Positions 1-9,774 of a DNA stretch of 64,000 nt are shown here, in pieces (the first letter of the stretch is position 1; every line of letters begins with the position of its first letter). Position numbers and translations under genes: made by a program. The notes below the pieces were generated by a model, which saw only the letters and a list, made by a program, of their open reading frames with translations, searched no databases and had not been told where the DNA came from. This DNA is from Perna viridis (taxonomy: Eukaryota), in the NCBI GenBank assembly GCA_037379345.1, contig CM074517.1, positions 15,376,001 through 15,440,000 on the forward strand, written 5' to 3'.

Positions 1-25
1 ACATAACTACCTTTATTCTTAATGG

Positions 26-26
<1 letters not shown>

Positions 27-62
<36 letters not shown>

Positions 63-93
63 TATTACATCATTATTATTATTATTATCATTA
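27..93. repeat. (ATT)n microsatellite
   Basis: Run of att triplets with a few atc/cat variants. Confidence 0.95.
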
Positions 94-1929
94 TGGCTTT
101 ATTGCCATTATTCTTGATGTATTATTTGACTATAAACTTGTCCTTAGTATAGTTAATATATACGTACATTTATAATGTAAACCACTTTGCCAATCTTTAA
201 AGTACAAATAACTTATAGAAATTGTAATCGTTATTTTTAGCACATTCCTCCATATTATCAGGTAATTACGTTAATGTTATGGCTAACAAAGTTAAAAGGC
301 TACAAAGATACAGAAAAAATACCCCCTATCTTATAGTAACTCTTGAAATGTATTTTAGAGTCTGGCACAGTGTATATTTCAAACTAAGATTTGAGTTCGG
401 CGTTCAGAGAATACAATTTGTCAAACTGACGGCATTCACATTATCTTCAGATGTTTATGCAAGCTTAAAATCACCATCTACTTAGAAAAAAACATACTTT
501 AAAGATTACTATGTAACGTTATACTTCATAAATGACATATTTCCAGATTGAAAAAGAGTGCCTGCAACAGCGTGGTTCCATCTTTGATACAGGCTGTAGA
601 CTAGCATGATATCAAAACTAACGTTACGGGCACTAGCCGTGAAACGAGTTAAAGAAATACCAGCTTAGCAGATATCGCTGAGAATTTGGAATGTTTTTTC
701 TGTATACTTTTTAGAGTTTTGATTGTAACAAAAAGCATCAAGCAAAAACAAACTGAATCCATCTGAGTCTAGTAATGGCTTTACCATATAACATTTATCT
801 GAGGCAAAGACTTCGTTTTCTTTGATAATTTGGATTTTGTTTAGGGTAAAACCCTGTGACTATCTTTCCAGTATCGAAACTTAAATCTTTTAAATAAATG
901 AGAATTCCATTTGTTGTACATAATTATGATTGTTTTGATTTATGTTATAGAAACTGTTTTGGACAAATGTTTTCAGGTCCAACAAATATGTAAATACCTA
1001 ATGTTTCATTCCCAAAACGCATAAGCATTAGTTCTCTAGTTTCTACAAAAAACGAAATTTCAGATACAGAATGGTATTGCTTTTAGACATGTCTATTCAA
1101 TACGAAGCTTTGCCATCTTATTCTAAATTTGGTTATGAGAATTTGAGTTGACATTTCAACTTATTACAATCATATTTGTTTTTAAAGATCCGAACAGAGA
1201 CAACTTTCTTTGGTACCACTCATGCATAGAAAATGAAATTTTCGTCTCTCTTTGAATAAGCCCATGTTATGACACTTCTGGAACTTCCTGTAGATAAATT
1301 AATGAGGCACTGTACCGACACTCCGGTGTCAAATTCTTAGACAATGTCAAGATCAAAACGTCATAAATCTAGCTCATATGCCAATCTTACAAGACGAGAA
1401 TTTATGAAAACCGTAGAGAATTGATGAAATTCAGAAATTATACACGGCTTCGGTTATGATGTCACAAACTATTGTTCAGGACTGTCTTGTGTCTATAATA
1501 GCGAAGAACCACATTTTCCAAAAAGTGTCAAACATGATTTACGACTCTGTAACGATATTTCATCTAGACGAAAGAACCATCATTTTTAAAACCACACTGA
1601 AGGACCCATTGTCCATGAGAAAGCCTCTATAGTTCGTAAGTATTTATTGATTCAATTGAGACTTCAATTTTAGCATACATTACTAAATTTGTTTTATACC
1701 CAATTGGTTGATCATTTTGGTTCTTCACGTTTGGTCTTTGTTTGGCGTTAGTATGAAACCATCTACTGAAGAGAGTATCCGTAAATACATCTTCAACTAA
1801 GAAGTAGGCATTCCGACGGTACACATGACGGAAAAGTCTTGAGCAAAGTACCGTTTGGAACACCAAAATGATATCATGCGAAGATCAAATTGTACCACAA
1901 AAAGAAACTAAAATTTAGACACAGAGAAC

Positions 1930-2012
1930 GAAAAGCGCGGACCCGACTATACTTAGATAAACCAAGGTGCTCTTGAAGGGTGGGCAGTTCCGACTTTTTG
2001 CGCGACACTCGC
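1930..2012 (-). mobile_element. Diverged short copy of the Penelope-like 3' structured repeat
   Basis: The minus strand reads gcgagtgtcg...ggaactgcccacccttcaagagcaccttgg...gggtccgcgc. This resembles the core gcgggtg...gcttaccctaccggtgcacctgg at 30594-30645. Confidence 0.4.
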
Positions 2013-5000
2013 GATACTGCGAAATGTCGAATACTCGGCGTGACCTTAAGCTCTATATCTGAATTTACTTACTTTTCTCGTATATTATTATTAAAAAACT
2101 TACAATGCATGAATATGCACATATACCTAACTAAATGTAAGATTAGATGGTGAAATAAGAAGATAATTGACATGATGCTTACGTAGATGTATTATGAATC
2201 TATGTCATCTAATTATCAGTAGGTATTTTAGCCTACTTTTAAACCATCCTGTAGCCCGTTTTTGTTTTTTTGTGTTGATCCTAGCGTTTGATAGTCTTAA
2301 ATACCTATCTCTTGAACCTAATTCTTTTTTACATCCTTTACGTGCCTGTTGTCGAATCAAATTCAAAGCAATGTTGGTTTTAATTTACAGCAACCACAAT
2401 AAGTGTTGTGCTTACATCAAAGGATAGCGTCTAACCGCACCAGGGATGGGTTCTTCATAGCCATTTTACTAAAGTGCATAACGCTTTAGCATACATGTTG
2501 CAGTATGGCTTTTTCATTGAAAATTTCGATCGACATTGGAAAAATCCACCAATTTTGGTAATTGCTAGCGCTAATTTATATTTAATCACATTTTGTGCCG
2601 TTGTTTTGTCGTTCGACAAGAAAACGGTTTTATTGTTGCGAGTTTTGTTCTTCCTGAATGTCGACGTTTTGTCTTTTATCTCTTGAACAAAAGATAAAGT
2701 CACAAAGAAAATATGCAAATTAGACAGTAATACCTGTTAGCACCTTACAAAGGATGAAATTGATCGTAAGAGAGCCGAACGCTATGATCTAATTTAGACG
2801 TTTATGATATTGGTAATTTCCTCCTTTCAACCCACTGAACAAAAGTAATCGCACACGTATACCAATCTTTTGCATAAATCTCTTCGCATTTGACGGTTCA
2901 AAAACATAACTAAAATATTTTATTTGTAGATTCTTGTTTCCTTTGATACATCTTGGACCGTAGCTTTATATTTTTATGTAATATGTATATGGGTTTCATT
3001 TTATCATTTCAACAAAACCACTGATTCAACAGTCAAGGGAGGGGACATGTGGATGAAAGACAAATTTAGCGAAAATTGAACACATGCGAAGATTTCTAAA
3101 TATAGTTTGAGATGTGATAGTTATTGTCATTTTATTCGGGATTTTGTAAATTGGTTCAATGGTCAGTAAGTTACCGAAAATCTATTTAGACGATAGCGAA
3201 TTGATGGTCAGCTTTCAGTCTATAAACATAGCAAAGACCAAGTAACCTAGGTAATTGATGGTCAGCTTTCAGTCCTAACCTGACTGCATCAGGTCGAGCT
3301 TTGAATTAAAACAATTAAGATAGTGAATTGTTTTATTCAATGCTTTCCAAGGTGAAACTTCTTTTTATGTTGCTAAACGCATGCGTGGGTGAATCAAATA
3401 GGTAAATAATGAAACAAATGATATTTTAAACAAAGCAAATATCACTGAATTATTTAGAATCTATGCTTTTCAACATGCTAAACAAGCAGATAGCTCCGAT
3501 CTAATGGTGATTCATTGTTAAAATATCGATAAAAGATAAATTAACAAAAAAAAACAAAAAAACAAAAAAACAATGACATCTTCAACTATCACCTTAATCA
3601 GAAGGTCATCAATGAGCTGCATGGGAGAACATATAGCGGACTATTAAAGGCTGACACGACGGCGAACTCAGATGAATGAATGTCTCGATCTTGCGTTGTG
3701 ATATTCCATTTACTTTCCTGTTTTCACTGTTTAAGATTGTATCCGTTTCGTTTGAAAAATTGTGTTCATGATAAGAATTGATTCCCTTTGCTGTTTCATT
3801 TGAATAAACTCAGAAAGCATTGGCGTGTCTCTTTAAATTGGCGCGAGTGTTTACATGAGCATGCTTGGATACCATTGACTTGAAACTAGAGAAAGTCATT
3901 CATACATATCTTTAAACATGAAGGATCTGTCGTTGTACATGAATGTCTGAATATATTGTTATGCTGGAATTGTATTTACATTGAGTAATAAGAAACTGTT
4001 TGATAATAAGAGGGCATTGGAGCGAAGTGAGCCCACAATTTTTGACATTCTTTAGGCATACTTTTTCAAGAAAATTTTAGATTTGTTCCTCTAACGTTAT
4101 TATTAATCCTGTTATCTATTTTGTCTTATCTCCTTAACAACCGCTGCTATAAGTTAAAAATAATCCCAATTATACCATATTGTGCATTAAAATAAGTTTA
4201 ATAACTTTGGTATAGTGTAGCTTGGTGCACCTTTGCATTGCAGTGTTTATAATTAATTGTCTAAAATTTGTTTTATAAAAGTAGAAGGTCTGGATGAATG
4301 TCAGTATGTCACTATATATAAACCATAGATTTGAAATTCCCTGGTGGCTATAATCTAGACATTACATCGAATATGCAAGAGCACAGAAAACAACCCCCCC
4401 TTTTTCTGTCCCAGACTGATAATGTTTTTCTCTTCCACAAATCGCTTTTTTTCTTACATTGATAGAGAGGTCTACCAGTCTCCATTCGTATCTGTAATTT
4501 GATTAAATGTTGGTGTAATTTAGCAGATTAAATTTTTGCATGAACGATTTCTTTCATTGAAACATGCTATTGTGAATTCCTCCAGGTCCCATATTAGATA
4601 CATAGTGTGTTGATTTTGGAGAAATATAGCTTTTAGATAGTTTACATTGTGAGTGTCGACCGGACTATAAACTTGTCTTCAGCCACGAATGAATTAAATC
4701 TGAAACATTCTAGTGTAGTTTGATATGGCGATTTTAATTGTTCTCTAATTCTTCTGATTTACTTATTAAATAAAGTTTCCATAAAACACGGTCGACAGGT
4801 ATAGAACGATGTAGTAAAATGAAGCCATTTCCATGCGGGGATTTCTACTTTCCCTGGGATTCGTGCAGTTTACGTATAATCAGTGCTGATACTCTTCTGT
4901 ACTCTATTTAGACTTAACAAACACCATTACTTTTGATAAGTCACACCAGAAAGCTCGTGCATTATATAACACAGGATGATTTGACTTTGGTGTGCAAAGT

Positions 5001-6684
5001 GTTCATGCACCTTTGCTTTTCCTTCCGGATGGGGCTATATAGAGGCAGTAAGTGGTAATAGGCTGTAATATGACTTATAGGGAGGGATGGGATAGAACTG
5101 TCTAGGGAAAAGTTGTTAGGCATTAAAATGAAGTTGAACATATATGATGCAATGGATGCAAAATAAAGATCATGGTTAAGTCAAAATTTGTCCATTTATT
5201 GTGTAATTGAGTACAAACATGAAAATACAGAATCTATATGAATTTTGATGAAAATGCTCCTTTGATCTTCATTATTTTTTACTTATTTTCTCATTCGCCA
5301 ATGTATATTTCATGAATTTATTGTTACTTGTGAGAATTCTAAAGAGCCGCGCACAATATTGATGCAGAATGACAATCATTATGTTTGCCTATAGGAATTT
5401 TTTGTATAGAATGAAGACTGTGGTTGGTTTCGGATGGTCGATGAACCGTTTAGTACGTTTACTTAGTATTTTATCTATAATTTTGTTAAAGTACAATTTT
5501 AGATCATGAATAACAATTTCCAATACTAATCTTGTTATAAAGTATTGAACTAACTAGTGTAACTGCAGCTTAATGCTGTTTCACGATTATTTATATTTTC
5601 TATAACAACATGTACATGTAGTCCCAAAATGGTATTGAATTGTATTTGAGTATATTAAGTGATCAAAAAATGATTGTAGTACATGTACATGTACATTTAT
5701 ATAATTCATATATGTTTGTATAGATGTATATGTGTGTGTGTTTATGTTTATGACTAAAACACGTTTTGTTCTTAATCTAACAGTACATTCAGCAGGAGCC
5801 ATGTGTATGACATCTAGCTTATGCCTGTTTTTTTTTATTTTCTTTGAAGCAGGACTCCGTATTCTACAGTCAGTGGTTTTAATTTGCTAAAACTCAGTAA
5901 TTATAATGACGCATTGAACAATTATTTTTTATTCTTTAGGCTTTACCAAAGAAAATAGACGTTATATTAATTACTTTCAAAATTTCCAACATTTGGAGCG
6001 TTATTTCACTTTTTTGTCTTTTCATTTATTCAAATAATGCAGACTTCAAAAGAAAATTTTATTTTAGTACTTTATAGTAAAATCTGCGATTTTAATGCAA
6101 AAGTCGAATTTCATTTAGAATAGGACTTTTAGTCATAAAGGAAAAACTTTTAAATATTCCTTTGATCGGTGAAACAAGCTTTCGCCTGTCAACGGGGTTT
6201 ACCTTATCTTTCCTAACTCATCATTTAAAATTCTAAACTTATTTTCTAAAATTTAAATGAATTTCTATGTCGAAAGGTTTTAAACTCAAAACGGCTAAGT
6301 TTAATCGAAATCCAATTTTCTAATTTTAAAGAAACAAATCAAAGTTATCTAACAGTATCCTGTTATTATAGAAAGCGGTCGATTTTGATGTGGAAATTTG
6401 ATTTAAATACTGGGCTCCGTTTTGGTCCAAGTAGTCTATGTTTACGTGGTCCGTTATATAATCTGGACTTACGCCCTAAAAGACACTTGAAAAGGTATGA
6501 ATGAAATAGTTCAGGTCGTTTGTCAGAGCTAAGATAATTTATGTGAAAAATATGAGAGGGTCAACAATTGATCGGAATTTTATTGCTTTAAATTTAAACA
6601 ACAATACACCGACACTCTGTTTCTAGTATGTTTTTATTTCTATTTTTCAGATCATCAATTTCAACAGAGTAGAAAGCTGACAAT

Positions 6685-6712
6685 TGATTGGTCAGATTAG
6701 ATGTCACATGAC
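6685..6712 (+). promoter_or_regulatory. Hox3 CCAAT-box (reverse) plus E-box module
   Basis: TGATTGG (6685-6691) followed by GTCACATGAC (6703-6712). The same module lies ahead of Hox2. It sits just downstream of a strong polypyrimidine acceptor (tttttatttctatttttcag, ending 6650). Confidence 0.7.
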
Positions 6713-6797
6713 TCATCAAACAGATGATCGTAGAAATGATTTGTGGTATCATAACATGTCGGTTAGAGGCAATGCAATAAATTTTTCAAACACCGAG

Positions 6798-7224
6798 ATG
6801 CACAAAACTGCTTATTATAATCCTTCGCAAAATTTTCCTCATTATTTTCCTGGGGAAAATGGATATGGATATGAACCACCATTTGGACATACAGCTCCTT
6901 CCCCGACCGGTGGGGAATACTATCCACCCGGATCATGTGCAATTCAGAATGACTTTGTCACAGGAGGATCGGATTATAAAACCCCACAGTGCAATGAGGA
7001 ATATGGAAATTATTACTACCAAAATCAAAATATTCCACCCGGAAATTCGCTAACGAACCATTCCTCTTCAAAGAGTAGTAAAATATTTCCATGGATGACT
7101 GAAAGTCGACAAAATTCTAAGCAAAAGCAGAACCACCAGCAACAAGCGTCACAACAGCAGCCGACACCTTCACAACCCGCTCAAACCCAGCAGACGACTA
7201 CTTCGAACTCGCAGACAATGTCAG
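6798..7224 (+). CDS. Hox3: Hox3 coding exon 1 (N-terminus and hexapeptide)
   Basis: Starts MHKTAYY, matching the Hox3-type MQKxxYY N-terminus. Contains KIFPWMTESRQNSKQK, the Hox3 hexapeptide context. Ends at the phase-1 donor G|GTAAGT (7224/7225). In-frame upstream ATGs at 6708 and 6756 could extend the N-terminus. Confidence 0.92.
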
Positions 7225-9013
7225 GTAAGTGTTTTATTTGATTACGGTGATAAATGACCCATCAAACATAAAAAAAGATCCGCGTCAAATTTGTAATGAT
7301 GTGTGCAGTTTCGAATAAAACACTCACCAATTTACGTTTATTTGTTAAAAGACATAAAGCAGTGCTAATCAATCGAGGGATCATTAATTTACGATGCTTG
7401 TGGGATTTAAAGTAGGGTGATTTTTGCCTGCTTTTATGACTTCATGATGGGATAATTAAATGTTATCCCTTTTTCTAATTTACGAAAGGTGAGACTATAA
7501 TTTAATAAGCAATAAGAATGTCTAAAGACTTTTTACATTCTAGTTTGCACTTTTAAGAGATAAATGTTTTGATTTGTTGAAGCAAAAGGTACAAAACCTA
7601 AACATATATTTACACGTTGTTTAGTTTTTTTTCATGTTTTGTTTTTACAAATACGTACAACACACATTTCTATTTGTTTTAAATTCACAAATATTGCGAT
7701 GACCATTTCATCTTTTTTCTTCGAATTTTCTGATTATTGTTTCATTTTAAAATACAGTAAGTGTTTTTTTTAAGATGAAAAATAATTATAATAATGTCCT
7801 TGTAATTATAGGAATAAATTCTTTAAAATGCAAGATTTTTTCCGTTCGGTTTTAATATAAAAAATTGAATTTTTTTAAAATTACCGACGCAGGTTTTGCA
7901 TACTACATGTTTTGATAATTATTATTACCGGTTGATAACTACGATTGACTTACAAAATGTTAAAAAAAATGCGTTTGAAAATTTGAATGATGTGCTCCAT
8001 ATTTTCCTCAATATAAAAGAAATTGAGTGTGAATAATCTACTATCTTGTTATTAAGAAAACGTTCTAATTTTGACAACCATGAAGTTTTTACATTAAATA
8101 ATATATATTTATTACATGTTATAATTGATCAGAAGTTTTGCAATGTATTTCTACTCAATCAGACATTATACATTTAACTAAAAATACATTTCTGTTTTTT
8201 AAATTCGCGATGGCTTCTGATTTAAAAAGCAGTTTCTATGCAACAAACATAAAAATTGAATAATTTAGATTTTTTTATCAGTTTTAACAGTTAGAATTAA
8301 TTTTCTGAATATTCGATATTTTTTTTAATGTTTAATTATTCAATTTAAAAAAAAATATTCAGTTGGTAATATTGTCTTGTCTAAAAAACCTTCTTTACAC
8401 TTGTTGCAAATTCAGTTACGTCGCTTTGAATGAATAGCATTCTTCGTTTTCTATCTATTTAACATCTGTGAATACATCAAAAGAGGAGTAAACATTTCTC
8501 TCCGATAATAATCTAAAGAAAACTTGTATGATTTTTTTTTCATTTTAATAATTTTTCCATAATATCAAATTCCTAAGAAATTAGCTTTTTGAAGTAATCG
8601 GTTAGTTTTTCTACTGCTAATATTATGAAGTTTATAATTCTAATGATTCGTGAAGTGTGATACATTTTCAAACGATCTGAGATATAGAAATATTATTTGT
8701 ATATTGTTTTTTTTTAATTGACACCTGATATTTATTCTGTTGTCATGACTATAAATACCATTGGAATGAATATAATTTTAACTGATTTTAAACATATTTT
8801 TATGAGCAAAGTAATCGGTAGAAATAACTATGATTTAATTTGACAAAAATCACGTGAACAAAAGCTAAAAGCACACATCCACTGAGAAACATTGAAAAAA
8901 ATTATTTATTTGAATAACGCAATTAAGCAAATATAGATATGTACGAACATATAAAAAATAATGTAGTTTTCTTTTTGCTTTCTTAAACACATTTTTGTTA
9001 TTTCTTTTCACAG
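7225..9013 (+). other. Hox3: Hox3 intron between hexapeptide and homeobox (1789 bp)
   Basis: GTAAGT...tttcttttcacag. Joining G+AA gives Glu and restores the frame into PTKRARTAY. Confidence 0.92.
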
Positions 9014-9774
9014 AACCAACAAAACGTGCTAGAACAGCGTATACAAGCGCACAACTTGTGGAACTGGAAAAAGAATTTCATTTCAATCGTTACTTGTGCC
9101 GTCCACGTAGAATAGAAATGGCTGCCTTACTGAATTTAACAGAGAGACAGATTAAAATTTGGTTTCAAAATCGAAGGATGAAATTTAAGAAGGAACAAAG
9201 ACATAAAGGGTCAGATAAGGGAGGAAAGGACGGAAATATGTCCGGATCTGAGAGTGATAGCCAAGGATCTATGGGTCCGGATGGGTTGGGCAGTGATTGT
9301 GGTGGAAAAATGACACCGGACAGCATAACGCACAGCTCAGGACCGCAAATGACGAGCTTGACTGGCACTCAACAGCGACCTAACGAGAGGTCACCACAAG
9401 GACCTAGTCCTCAGATGACCGTAGATCACAGTGTCATGAGAGGCCATTTTAATGATAATGGTCATCCATATCAACAGTATGGTCAATCTCATTCACCGGG
9501 GATGAAGCCATCGATGTCGCCTGGAATTAATTCGAATTCATCTATGACGGCCTCACATCCGCCACAAATGTACATGACAATGGGGTCACAACATCCAAAT
9601 CACGGAGGAGGGTACAATGGTCATTATATGAACAATGGACAATTATACCCTGACATGCAGGGGATGGAAGATCCTTACGGGCAGATGTATTCGTCTCAGG
9701 TTCCGTGTTCTAACAATGTAAACGCCTATTCTCAGGGACAGTATGAATATGTACCAAAATTAACTCATCTTTAG
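9014..9774 (+). CDS. Hox3: Hox3 coding exon 2 (homeodomain and C-terminus)
   Basis: [57 protein letters not shown] is a paralogy-group-3 homeodomain. The protein ends in the conserved Hox3 C-terminal PKLTHL, with stop TAG at 9772-9774. Confidence 0.97.

Noticed and set aside
1627-1866. Minus-strand ORF with faint RT-like words (INTYEL; GVPNG in an adjacent frame)
   Set aside because: Too fragmentary to assign; no coherent motif order.
1-6650. miR-10/miR-993 hairpin upstream of Hox3
   Set aside because: No TACCCTGTAG or matching star arm was found by eye; these genes probably lie outside the window.
6684-6797. ORF-track start at TTG 6684 as the true Hox3 start
   Set aside because: The conserved Hox3 N-terminus begins at ATG 6798. 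The upstream part is treated as a possible extension only.
8995-9013. ORF-track N-terminus MLFLFT of the homeodomain ORF
   Set aside because: It is the intron polypyrimidine tract and acceptor, not coding sequence.
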